This document shows positions 26,904 through 39,220 of a stretch of DNA of 64,000 nucleotides, piece by piece. The DNA is taken from assembly GCF_037042905.1 (NCBI RefSeq), contig NC_087245.1:22322001-22386000 (forward strand). Direction: 5' to 3'. Origin of the DNA: Lytechinus pictus (taxonomy: Eukaryota). The notes beneath the pieces are model-generated. The model was given only the letters and a program-made list of their open reading frames with translations. It did no database searches and was not told the origin of the DNA. The position numbers and the translations under genes are program-made. Position 1 is the stretch's first letter. Each line of letters opens with the position of its first letter.

Positions 26904-27874
26904 AACTAGCACATCACTGATGTGGTGCTCATCCGGCATCTTGCAACAAAATTTAACACAATTTTTAATTTCAGCCCAGTTGACACTGTAGTGAATTATA
27001 TTGGTGACATAAATTGAGGAGACAGAATTGAAATTGATGAAGAAATGACAGAGAAGCAATTTTTATGATTTATAAATAAATTTCATATAAATTAGCATAA
27101 ATAATTTTCTAGTCAAAATTTCTAAATTCTGTCTAGAACCTTGGTGAACCTCATGTAGCTCTGACGGAACAAACAAATCAAAATTGGTCAACAAATAAAT
27201 AAGAAGCATTTTTGTGGGTTTTGAAAATATGCATAAATAGCATATTTAACGAGTTTCAAAATTCTGTGTAGAAGTTTTGTTTCCCTACCTAGAGCTATCA
27301 TATAAGGCAAAAAAAATTGAAATTGATCAACAAATGAAGGAGAAAAAGCATTTTTTGTGATTGATAAATAAATTTCACATAAATTAGCGTAAACAATTTT
27401 CTACTCAAAATTTCACAATTCAGTGTAAAACTTTGGTGAACCTCATGCTCTACCAGATAGAAAAAAAATCAAAATCGGTCAACAAACAAAGTAGAAGCAT
27501 TATATGTGAATTTTGAAAAATACGCATAGATTAGCATAATTTTTTTTCTAGTCAAAATTTTGAAATTCTGTGTAGAAGATTAGTGAACCTCATATAAAGC
27601 TCTTCTAGATGGAAGCAAAAAAAAATCAAAATCGGTCAACAAATAAAGAAGATGCATTTTTTTGTAAATTTTGAAAAATGAGCATAAATTAGCACTATTT
27701 AATGAGTTTCAAAATTCTTCGCAGAATTTTTGAATCCCTAACCAAGAGTTATCATATAAAGCAAACAGAATCGAAATCGGACTTGAAATTATGAAGAAGA
27801 AGCATTTTGAAATGGTGGACGGACGACGGATGCCACCCTACGGCATAAGCTCATCTGGGCCGATGAGCTAAAAA
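26904..27874. mobile_element. Helentron-associated (DINE-1/HINE-like) non-autonomous element with ~145-bp internal tandem repeats
   Basis: Starts AACTAG...GTGCTCATC. Contains about 5 units (AAATTCTG-type motif at about 27124, 27258, 27415, 27563, 27711), a GGACGGACGACGGA microsatellite, and a terminal hairpin AGCTCATC-tgggcc-GATGAGCT followed by an A run. Confidence 0.75.
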
Positions 27875-28899
27875 CCCTCAATGTTTCAGTATGGTTTCAG
27901 TACAAGGGCAACCAAAGTGCAATGTGAGAGGGCGGAATGAAATGCTATTCTCACTTTGCCAATCGGATGTGTATTCCATTTCACTCACAATTTTACATTC
28001 GCTAATGACCTCTCTTCCAAATGACAGCATATGACGCTGTCAAGGACAGTATTCTCTATCCTGACCTGAATCTTGGACATATATCGTCAAAACTTCATCA
28101 AATTCTCCAGCAAGAAAGGTCAAATAGGACCAGAATTACAAATAAATGCTTTATCATCGAGTTGTACATGTGTGAAAGTCACATCAAACTAATGATGTCT
28201 GTTTCTCATACATTTCAATGTCCATGGACTTGAAAAAGATATACACACAAGATTTTAATCACAATGTATTTTTTCCTGTATTAGGGAAAGGGCATGCCTA
28301 TTCCAAAGCTGCACTGCAATTTATTTTTTTTCCTTTAATATCTCACTGTGACTATCATTGTGATTAAAAAAATCAGTTTTCTCTCATTTCCTCACATTAA
28401 AAGAATATTAAATTGCAATCATGGTTCTAACAGCCAGTTTACAGTGCTTGTTTTCCCCTCAAGTGTTTGATCTAAAATGAAATAAAAGATGCTTTTTATC
28501 ATACAAATACATGGGGTATTTCTTACATGGTTTTGTATGATTTTCAGTAAAATCTGAACGATCCAGCATCATTCCTCTCTACGAAGTACCATACAACAAT
28601 ATGTCTGTGTTAGCATGGTGGTGTTCTACATAGGCCTAGCTTAGTATCCATTAAAAACTTTGCATTGTTAAAGGTATAGTGTATGATTGGTTGATCTCAG
28701 ACAAGGGCAATGAATCAATTTTGAAATTATTACATTCATTAAATACCTATATTATTGCTCTATTTTATCACGGAAAAGAAACTTGCATAACTTTTATATT
28801 CTCATGATATTGAGGGGTGAAACATATATTATAACAATTATCGGTTAATCGATATGCCTTGGAACTTTCTTGTTGACGCCCTCTCGGGTTAAAAAATAA

Positions 28900-29520
28900 A
28901 TTGATATTAGAACACCGTTCGAATCATGCATATTCATTACGACTCATGCATATTGATGAAATACGTCATGGCGCATGCGCAGTATCAAGAAATCCCCGTA
29001 TCAACAAAGTGCAGTACTCTGTGTGTGTAGCTGAGTAGAAAGCAAACATCGAACGGTGCGTGCAAGCTCAATGAGCCGATGCTAGGCGGCTAGCGACATG
29101 CTTGCGCTCTGCATTAGTTTCAGATATAATCCACTATTTGCGATAGCACACACAGGATAAGAATACTATATTGAGCTATATCCATAAATGTATCGTACGC
29201 GTGAAAAAGGATTCAGACACGTTGATTATCTGACGTGAATGACGAAGCAAAGGATTGCCCAATACGGCTTACTTTCGGACTCTTATGTCATGAATCTGAA
29301 AGTACTCCAAGACTAAAAGAGATACGAGAATCCCAGAGATGGGCAAGGGCCGAGTTCCGAGTTTGATCTTTATTCATGTGGATTGTAGCTCTTTTATGCA
29401 CCTTTCCCTTCATGTATAGCTTGGCGTGATACATATACGGGAACTACAGCGAGGCGCTATAGCGCAGCTCACTGTATGTATACTCTGTATACTGACTCCT
29501 TGGCCCTCCCCAAAGGAAAG
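28900..29520 (-). promoter_or_regulatory. Candidate promoter and non-coding first exon of the SLCO gene
   Basis: Local CpG enrichment, perfect NRF1-type palindrome GCGCATGCGC (28971-28980), ATGCATATTCAT (28926-28937), half-CRE TGACG sites, and a minus-strand donor-like AAA|GTAAGC at 29272. Confidence 0.45.
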
Positions 29521-29853
29521 GGGGAGGGAGGAGAGAGAAGAAAGAAAGAAGTGGATTGGTGAAAGAGAATCAGGAGAGCCATCATAAAGGGATATGGATA
29601 CAACATACCCTAATTTGATATTTTGGTGTTTTTTTATCTTTCCTGAATGTTTCAGTCAGTTTCAGATTATTTAGATCCACTCGCAAAGTACAGAGGAGAA
29701 ATTGGAAAAAAAAGTTAGACAAAAAATATTTAAAACTCTAAACAGACGGCCACCACCATTCTGTCTACAGCCAAGCATGAAGGGAAAGGGCGAAGAGAAA
29801 AACGATTACTTTCAGAGCAGGTTCTACGATATAAAACAGGGTTTGTTTAAATA

Positions 29854-30047
29854 CGGGGTTAAATATAGGCCTATAGTAAAACATAACGAAGATGCAATCA
29901 TATAGGCCTATAGTAAAACATAACGAATATGCAACCCCAATGCGGGGTTAAATATAGGCCTATAGTAAAACATAACGAAGATGCAACCCCAATGCGGGGT
30001 TAAATATAGGCCTATAGTAAAACATAACGAAGATACAATCCCAATGC
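29854..30047. repeat. Minisatellite, about 4 copies of a 52-bp unit (one truncated)
   Basis: CGGGGTTAAATATAGGCCTATAGTAAAACATAACGAAGATGCAACCCCAATG repeated. Confidence 0.92.
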
Positions 30048-30717
30048 AACACTTGACTACTCTTCGTTTGTTTAGATTGAACTCGCGAGGTCAAAAGGTG
30101 AGCTGAGAAACCTGTTGATGCGAAGTACGTACGTGTAGTCTACATTGTGTAGACCGTGATAGCATGAATGTGACCAACGTACGCATCAAGTTGCTAATTT
30201 CTGTTATTTCTGTTGCCGAGGTTTTTACCTGACTGCTAAGAAAGCACGAATGCCTGTGAGCAAGCAACCAGGGGACCAACGGCTCAAGGTCGAACAAGCA
30301 GAGTAAAGGCGTCATGAGTCAAAAAATGAGGGGGGCAGACATGACGTCAGGGACAAGATTTCTTATTTTTGCATCCACACAAGAAAGCTTGCATCGAGAT
30401 ATGGAAAAATGAGAAGTTGAGTATTGCGCGGTGCACGTGCTTCAGAGTTGTGATTTCCAGGGCCGACCAGCATGTAGAGTCTTACAACAGAACTTTACAA
30501 GGCACGCCGTGGGGCAAAGTGCAACAACGTATGTGAAAGAAGACTAAGCAAACCTGGAGAAGCAGCAAGGTGCAACATGTACAAGGGAATTGTGCATGTA
30601 CATTACGTCTGCTTTGAAATATAATGTGTACATGGGTCGCCGAGTTTTTATGTAGTATGGGGAGGGGGTGGGGGTAGCCTATAATGATATAGTAGGGCGC
30701 TTTATACTTTATACAAT

Positions 30718-30738
30718 CATGGACCTATTACGTCCATG
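30718..30738. mobile_element. Putative excision footprint of the 53738-54579 family
   Basis: CATGGACCTATTACG + GTCCATG (sharing one G), i.e. both TIR tips. Flanks ATACAAT/CTATAAT match at 5 of 7. Confidence 0.7.
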
Positions 30739-32110
30739 CTATAATCAAACCATCAGCACGACCGGTGGATGGATGACTGAAAGAATGGATGGATAGGCAT
30801 ATATAAATGGATCATCCAATTGATGTATTTTCCCAAGAAATGGATGGTCAAAGAGAAATGGATACAAATGATGCAGCAATAGATAGGGGCACCCCATGGG
30901 AGATCAACTTGCTACCCCTTCATAGACAGTAAACAAGTAGAAAGAATTGATAAAAAGATGAAATTTTATAGCAACAAATGAGAGGAAGAAAGGCCTCCGG
31001 GAAAGGCCTATACGCATACAGAGTGTGCACGAGCAGTTCAACCGTTGAAAAAATGTGAATGACTGCGACATGAGCAGGACAAAGACATTACTTGCATCCG
31101 GGACTTGCATCTTGATTGGCATAACATTTTAGACTTATTTATCAATGGAATTGTAACTCCCATTTCCCTGCTATAACTATAGGAAAAACGAATGATAACT
31201 GTTGTTTTATAGACGTGGAAATTTATGCTTCATATTAGGACCAAAGAGATACTGGCGTACGTGTCAATATTTCAAAACTCATGCGGGAAAATAATATAAT
31301 CATTTTTTATGATTGAAAAAAAAGTGCCAAGTTCACACTGTCACGATTTTTTTTTTTGGTGGCGGTGCTGAGGAAAATTTGACAAAGCAAAAGAAAAACA
31401 TTAAAAAAGGTTCCAATACAAAATGTTGGTAATTTTCCTACATTTATCCAATTCGACACCTATACCAGAATTCCAGGGGGAGCTGCCTACATGGAAAATA
31501 ATGCACGCCGCACCCCATTGTAAAATCTTGGGGGTGCTTTGCACCCCCGGTTCCAAGGGCCTTAATTATAATCGCGGAATAATTAATCGTATCAGATCAG
31601 TCGAGGCGATCGTATAAATAGTTGGAATGGTTCAACTATGTGGTGATGTGGCTTTTTTTGCAGGATTTTTTTGCATTTATTGGAATAATATACAAAACAA
31701 ATTTACAATGCTTGAGACATGATCATAATACAAGTGACAATCGTATATGTAGTGACTGGAGAAATACAATATATAAAAAAATATATATATAATGAGTAAA
31801 ATGCATAGGCAAACTATATACAGTAAGCAAATATGTGCTTGAAGCATATAGCAGCCAAAATAAAAATGAAATTTCGAAACGAGACAAAAATAAAATTGTT
31901 ATTTTGGGACAAGCCCCATCTGGCGAGGTTTAATGGGTATACGCTTTTTCTGATCATGGACCCTGATGTACTTAATTTATGATGATGTAATTAATGCACA
32001 TGTGCTGCCGATGAAAATATAATATTTTGCCTTTATGGGTTTTTTACAACTCCAGGGGGATCAATGAGAATACAGTAATAGTTCTGAATACGCACTGAGA
32101 GAAGTGAAGG

Positions 32111-32654
32111 CCGGGGGGGGGGGGGGGGGGGGCACTTCCATTGACGAGTGGATACCATGCGCGACCATGGGGTCTCGAAAAGCACCCAAACACGTATTTT
32201 CCATATTCTCAAACTGCACCCCTTAACAAGTTTTGGCGTCTCAAACCGACCCTTAACAAGTATTGGAAACAAAACGATACTCTTGGCAAGTATTCCCGAA
32301 ATGAACCCCTAAACAAGTACAGCGATATTTTATTGTTATGTCGGGTCCGTCGGTCGTTGGTTTTACCTTTACACATCATTATTTTGGTTTAGTACGGCCC
32401 CATGCACCTTCCACAACTCGCGCAAGTCGGACTCTAAACACGTAGTGTTGGGGCAAAAAGGACATCCTTTATAAAACATTTTAATTTTGTTTCATCATCC
32501 CCGAAAATATTACCCTAAACACGTAGCTTTCCTAGCAACATAGATACCCTTTTTTAAATATTTTTGTGTTTTTGACAAAAAGACATCCTTTTTACGTGTT
32601 TTTGGGGTCGCGCATGGTATCCACTCGTCAATGTAAGTGCCCCCCCCCCCCCAG
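32111..32654. mobile_element. Non-autonomous DNA transposon with poly-G/poly-C tips and 8-9-bp TSD
   Basis: G20-CACTTCCATTGACGAGTGGATACCATGCGCGACC ... GGTCGCGCATGGTATCCACTCGTCAATGTAAGTG-C13. Flanking direct repeat AGTGAAGG(C) at 32103 and 32655. Confidence 0.9.
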
Positions 32655-33749
32655 AGTGAAGGCAAAGCGGTCATGGAGCATGCAAGCAAACGAGTAATTA
32701 TAATTCCTTGAATAGTCATACCATAATAAAGTTGGAGAGGATAATATTGAAATAAATAGAAAAATAACATTAAAAAATGCGAACATAAGGAATACACACA
32801 ACCCCCAACCCAAGGCTAGGAATTGTGTAAACATCGAAAAATACAGAAAGATGTTAGGAACCTTGCTTGAACTATTGGCGTAAATAATAAACGTAAAATA
32901 TATGAATTAAGGGGCCAGATATATGTGTCGGGCACAAATCATTTTTTATCGGTGATAGATTTTGACATAATATTCAGATATTAGTTCCCCTTCTCGCTTT
33001 CTTTTTGTATTGGCCGTGATAAATTTGGGAATCCATATAGCCCCAATCCTTCCCCATTATTTTGAACGCCACTGATTTCAACTGGATATCGTCAAAAAAT
33101 ATTGATTGATTGATTTTATTTCGCAAGTCACCATAATATATATACAGTAGCATTAAAAACAACAGGCTTACACAGGATGACCCACGAAAGCTCTAAAGCT
33201 ATTTTCCAGTGGGGAAATAGGCTTTACCTTGTAAATAAATATTACCTTGGAAATAAGCTTTACCTTGTAAATAAATATTTACAAGGTAGTCAAACTGACA
33301 GCAGATGCAGCGTGTAAACACCATATGAATTTCATTACATGATAATAATAAAATGATATTTACGTAATGTCATGGGTGGTGAAACAAGGATGGGACGTTT
33401 TGTAATTCGCTACGCAGGCTTTTGATAGTAAAGCTGATGAAATACAGGGTTGAAAGTAAAATAATGAGAAAGACTGAAATGAAACGATCTATTCAAAATA
33501 TAAATTCCATGAAAGAGAAGCGATTCAAACAGAGTATGATATTGCGTTTACATTCCCTTTGATTCATATTATTTTGATTCCCTTTCAACAATCTACTTCT
33601 TTCTTTATTTCTTCTCTCTCCTCCATGCCCCCCTTCCCTTTCTTGGGGCGGCGGGGATGGGGGGGGGGTATCGGATATGAGAAAGCCTGCAGTTTAGGTG
33701 TTATGGCACACTCGGACAAGTTCAATTTAGTGGCCTAGTAGGTCCATTG

Positions 33750-34060
33750 GTAAATTGCCAAGTCGTCGACTGCCAAGTGCCAACTTGCACTCACCACATG
33801 GTCTGATTTAATTTAGTCCATATCCATTCCGTCCATCAATATTTCGTCGAACAACTATTTGGTCCAGTATCCAATTCATTTTCATTCATTTTGCACAATA
33901 GCACGTTGTCCAATTAGACCAAATGGTATATGGACTGAATGGCTATTGGACCAACTGGTTACTAGACGATAGTGGATGAACATAATTATGGTAGACTTTA
34001 ATGATAGTAGGCGAGTTGGCAATTTGACGATTTGGCATCAGACGAAATGGAAGTAAACTG
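33750..34060. mobile_element. Degenerate foldback-type element made of ~15-bp tandem units in inverted halves
   Basis: Left half repeats GTC(T/C)A-type units and right half T(A/G)GAC-type units at about 15-bp spacing. Confidence 0.55.
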
Positions 34061-34609
34061 ATCCATGGACTTATATAGTATCACACCGGTATAGATAAAG
34101 AGGTACAAAAGTGGAAACGATGCCCGACGGACATGCGCATATCCAGGATTTTGCACCACGAGGGGGTCACTATTTTTGCGCCCCTGTGAACTTTTCGGAA
34201 AATTGCACCCCGACCCGACCACTCAGGCAATCAAAGTGCCTAAATGCATTTTGAATTGTCTTATTCCACAACCACGTGAAAAAGGCAATCGAAGACCATT
34301 TTTTTTAATGTGTCCATAGTGTGTCCATGTAAAAAAAGATCAAAGTTGTATCCACTTCTTGAAAAGAATAAATGCGACCAGAAAGCATAGAATTTTTAAG
34401 CGTTTTGGGGTTTCAATTTAGTTCAACTTTTCATCAGAGTGGTAGACCATACTAAAATTATGTGCGGGAGCTGTAATTTCTTAACCGGGGCTAGATCCAG
34501 CTTTCGCCAATAGGGGAGGGGGATATTTTCATCTGTTTTCCGATCAAACATTCTACGCTTTTTGCAACCGTGAACATGATATGTATATGAATTATTTAAA
34601 CAATTATTA

Positions 34610-35310
34610 TTGATACGAGCGCGAAACGTGAGCTGAATTTTTTTTATATTCTGACCTAAAATTTGAGGGGAAAAAAAATCTATGAGCACTTTTGGCAATC
34701 AAGAACAGGATGAGTATCTATCAACATTTTATGCGATCACGAAGTGCGAACTGACAATTTTTGAATTCCCAATCCAACACTGGACATCATAAGCACTTTT
34801 TATAACCATGAACAGGATGGGTATATAGCTAAATAATTAATGCGAGCGCTAAGCGCGAGTTCAAATTTTTTGATATTCTGACCTCGTAAATTTGTGCGAG
34901 TGCGAAGCGCGAGCTTAAAAAGTGATTGATATTTTGACCTAAAATGTGGACATTCTAAGCACTTTTGGTAATCATGAACAGGATTGTCATCTAACTAAAC
35001 ATTGATGCGTCCGCAAAGAGCGAGATGAAATTTTTTTCATATTCTTACCTAAAATTTGGACATTTGAGTAAGCATTTTCGGTTATCATGAAAAGGATGAT
35101 CAGTAACAAAACAGTTTATGCGAGCGCGAAGCGCGAGCTGAATAAAAATCTATATATTTTGATACAAAGTCAGACATTCTAAGCACTTATCTTACCATGA
35201 ACAGGATCGCCACCTTACTAAACAATTAATGCGAAGAGTAGGATGAATTTGTTTTTATATTCTGATCTAAAATTAGGACTTTCTAGGCACTTTTGGTAAT
35301 CATGAACATG
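34610..35310. repeat. Tandem array, ~110-bp unit (about 6 copies), transposon-internal satellite
   Basis: ATGCGAGCGCGAAGCGCGAGCTG...ATATTCTGACCTAAAA...CATTCTAAGCACTTTT...CATGAACAGGAT recurs at about 34615, 34732, 34841, 35006, 35119, 35230. Confidence 0.85.
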
Positions 35311-35329
35311 ATTGGTAATTGATGGGAGC

Positions 35330-35815
35330 AAACATGAGTTTGGCACCCCCTCCCCTCCCTAGGTAAATTGAACCTGAATTTGATGCACCGAGACAAATAT
35401 CAAATTGGCGTGTGGTGAATATCCATTCGGCACCCCCTAGGTTGAACATCAATTCGGCGCCCCTATATGTCAAACAGCAACTCGACAACCGTATATAGAA
35501 AAAAATTATTCGGCGCCCCATCCCCAAGGTTAAACATCATTTCGGTGCCCTTCGGTGCCCCTATGTCGAACATCTATACGGCGCCCCGAGGTAAAACATT
35601 AATTCGCCCCCCCCCCCCTAGGATGAAGATCAATTTGGCACATCCTAGGTCGAACATCAATTCGGTGCCCCTAAGCAAAACATAAATTCGGCACCCGCTA
35701 TATACATACTCTAGGTTGAACATCAATTCGGCGCATCCACCCCCCCCCCATGTCAAACAGCAATTCGTCAACCCCTTTTCTTTCCTTCCCTTTTCTCCCT
35801 ATTTTGGCGCCCCCG
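35330..35815. repeat. Degenerate ~30-bp tandem array (AATTCGGCGCCCC...AGGTTGAACATC)
   Basis: More than ten TTCGGC(G/A)CCC-type motifs. The array ends near GAATACGCGCATG (35827), which is inverted to CATGCGCATATCC at 34132. Confidence 0.75.
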
Positions 35816-36099
35816 AATACGCGCATGGTAGAGCTACGGATATAGAGAAATAAGGACAAAGATGTAATGAAAATATAAAAACTCTTGAAATACTTTACGT
35901 TTTCTAGGCAAACAAGAATCCAAACTCCAAAGCGTATAATAACGTCCGGCTGAATAGACCTCCATTTGCATCCTGTTTGATATGCTTTCCTGTAAGTTCC
36001 ATTGTGGGCAAAATAAAGGGCAAAAGTAAGTCTGCTTTCTTTGAGAGGGTGTAAATGATGATATATTCAAATACCAGCGAGTGCCATAGGTGACGGAAT

Positions 36100-37096
36100 C
36101 ATAGGCGACGGAACGTATTTTCAATTATTATTATTTTTTTTTTTTTTTTGGGGGGGGGGGACAAAGCGAAAAAAGGCACTTATATGCAAAAAATTGCATT
36201 TTTTATGCAAACTTATATTTTCACCATGAGATTATCATCTGTGTTAAGTATAGTTGTGCGTTTTGTAGTAATTAAATTGAGCAAAACCTTTTTAAAGTCT
36301 TTTCTGATTGATAAAATATCCATTTAAGCTTTATTTTTCCGGGAGCGAGCGTAGCAAGCAAGCAGTTTGAACATTTTCAAATCTGAAGTTGTGAAACTCG
36401 CCGCTTTTTGGTCAAATCGCGCAAATTATTGTTAAAAGAGCATTCTTGCGAGGTGTTAAGAGCGCAAATCGCGAGCTATAAATTCTAGACATTGCTTGTA
36501 CTAACATGACTAATAAGACATGAAAATCAAACATTCCGAGCAATTTTGTTATGAAAAAGATGTGCATCTAATTGAAGAATGGACGCGAGCGCGATATTCC
36601 AACCAGAAAACTGGACATTCTAAGCACTTTTTTAACCCAAGAACTTAATTGTGTGTCTTAATAAATAATAATTGATGCGAAGCGCGGCGAGCCGAAAATT
36701 TGTAATATTTCAACCTGAAAACTGGATATTCTAAGCAGTTTGAAACCAAGAACATAATGTGTACCTTTGATGCGAGCGGAAAGCGCGAGCTGAAGATTTG
36801 TGACATTTAAACCTGAAAATTGAACATTATAAGCACAAGTTGTAACCAAAACAAAGTGAGTGCCTTCCTAAAAAATAAATGATGTGGGCGCGAAGCGCGA
36901 GCCAAAATTTTTGTGATTTCCAACCTAAAATGTATCGTTTGACTTCAAAAAGGGTATTTTATTTTGAAAAGGGACATTCATGTACATCATTTTGAAATAA
37001 GTGCACTCTCCATTTAAAAAAGGCATTTTTTCCTACCTGGATTTTTTTATGTAGGGGGTTAAGTGCCCCTGCCGCCCCCCGGTTCCGCCGCCCCTG
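36100..37096. mobile_element. TIR element carrying GCGAAGCGCGAGC tandem units
   Basis: Left CATAGGCGACGGAAC (tip duplicated at 36085), right GTTCCGCCGCCCCTG. Internal ~100-bp repeats related to 34610-35310. No TSD seen. Confidence 0.65.
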
Positions 37097-37687
37097 CTGC
37101 TAATATAGCCTCGGGTTATAATTTTTATCTAAGTTCAAACTGGTATTAACAAAAATATGTTGGTATGACTGCATTTTATAACGATGGTTTTCTTTAAAAT
37201 ATATATTTTTTACCATTTCGATCCATCACATTTTTGCATTTTTTTGTCCGTCGATATGCCCAGCGCTGAGAGGTCATGCCAAAACGTGATTTTGCATGAA
37301 GTACATTCTCTGAACCATCATCGGAACTTCGGAATCACACAGAGATGGAAGACCCCTTCCCCCAAATAGTTCCGCCTAGCTGTATGTCCTCGAATATATA
37401 TATATATATTTAATAAGACATCAGAAATGCGAAACACAAATTCACGAGTAATGCAGTTTTTGCAATAAAATTTGCAATTTTATTATATATATATCACCAT
37501 GATAAGTACGTAATTTTATTATCCGAGCACATGCAGCGGACCGAGGAGGAGTGGGTGGAGGGAGAGGCACATAGGAGACGTCATACTTGTTCTTGTTCAG
37601 TATACTACCATAACAAGTTGAAAAGAAAAATACAAAGAGAAACTTGGAGGGGATCGATGTTACATTGTTATAAGAACGCACCGGTAT

Positions 37688-38410
37688 CATAGGCGGATCC
37701 AGGAGGCAAACGTTACGCCCCCCCCCCCGATATTGGCGGCGCAAAGTAATATGAACGAAAGCAGAGGGGGGGGGGCAAAATATAAGAGGAAGAATGAATA
37801 AAAAAAGGTGAGGGGAATTCAGACTTGGGGAGGGGTGGGAGCCAATCATGTCACTACACATGTATAAAAACAATTTAGCCCGCGCTTTGTGTTCGCATTG
37901 CCTGTTCGATGGAACATCTATTCATCTATACCAATTCATTTATTGATTTATTCATTCAGTCATGGTTAAACAGGTTCACAAGTTCAGAGTTATTAGTATA
38001 TAAAATCATAGTAACAAGTACAATGACAAGGTATAATTCATATCGAAATAGTATGAGACATAAAGAAATATTAACTGATCAATGTAATACAAAACACGGA
38101 AACATTGTTGAAGGGCTTATAGTAAAACGAACAAGGGAACTAAATAGGCCTTTACTTATTCAAATTTTTGAGCACCTTATCCGTCAGTGTGCATCTTGTT
38201 TAATGATCATATTGCTCAGATCAATTTTCAGGACACAATACACAGTCCAAAAATAATACCTCACGCTCGCATTTTTTATAGGGTTTAGTACTGTTACGAC
38301 TATAGATTCCAACAAAAACTAGCTTTGAGCTGCCGTCCGATCGGGAAAAATGTGGATGAAAATATTGTTCACCCCGGCCCCGTTATTAGTGAAAGCTGGA
38401 TCCGCCCCAG
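37688..38410. mobile_element. TIR element with GGCGGATCCAG termini
   Basis: CATAGGCGGATCCAG ... CTGGATCCGCCCCAG. No TSD seen. Confidence 0.6.
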
Positions 38411-38869
38411 AATATATTGTTTAAAAAAAAGGCATAGGCCACGCGGTATTTGTCATTTTTTAGTGATAAATACATTGAGGCAGTATATTGACAAATAATC
38501 ACTGGAAGAGAAAGAGCATCTTATAGGCCTATATAACGCACAAAGCAAAATAATGAAGAATGGCGGCAAAGCTAGTTCAATACAAAATGATTTCCTTTTC
38601 CTTTAAAAAAAATGTTACAACACGTTATAATAATGAACAAATCAAAATACAGAACCTGAAGAAATTGATAACAATTCAGTGAATCGGAATCGAAACAAAA
38701 ATGCGTATGTAAATATAATTATAAAATAGAAATAAAAAACGGGGAAAAAAATAAGAATAGCCCTTTCACAAGCAACCATAATTCTCCCTCCCTTCATACC
38801 CTGGACAAGTAAAGAAAAAAAAATACAGCTAGAGAAACGAAGCAAAGATGAAAAGCAAGGAAAGGGAAG

Positions 38870-39220
38870 GAAGCCGTCTCTCGGTACCTGGTACTCTGCC
38901 CAGATATCAAGATGTACGTAGGACCTATTCTCCGCGATTTGAAAAACAACGTGCATAACATCACAATTATTATGATGGTCATTTCAAAAGGTCCTTGGTT
39001 GTTTCCAAGTTATTTAATTTGCCGTCGAGGGACTGCGCGAATGCACACGCTCCTACAGGATATGAATGAAAAAGTCGCAAACAGACTCCGCCGTTCAATC
39101 CGATACTGTACTGTATAGCCGGTATACAGATCGGCACGTGAGACAAGCGCAGAGGCGATGGATATGAATATTCATGAGCAGGTATTGATGTCATTTGGTC
39201 TCAAGGTGGCGCTCTTCATT
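38870..39220. promoter_or_regulatory. Second CpG-rich promoter/enhancer-like island
   Basis: CpG enrichment, CACGTG E-box near 39135, palindrome ATGAATATTCAT (39164-39175), CTCF-like tctcaAGGTGGCGC near 39200, and a minus-strand donor-like CAG|GTACCG at 38887. Confidence 0.35.

Noticed and set aside
34610..37096. CRISPR-like regularly spaced repeats (also 29854-30047 and 27000-27800)
   Set aside because: The intervening sequences are homologous to each other rather than unique spacers, the context is eukaryotic, and there are no cas genes.
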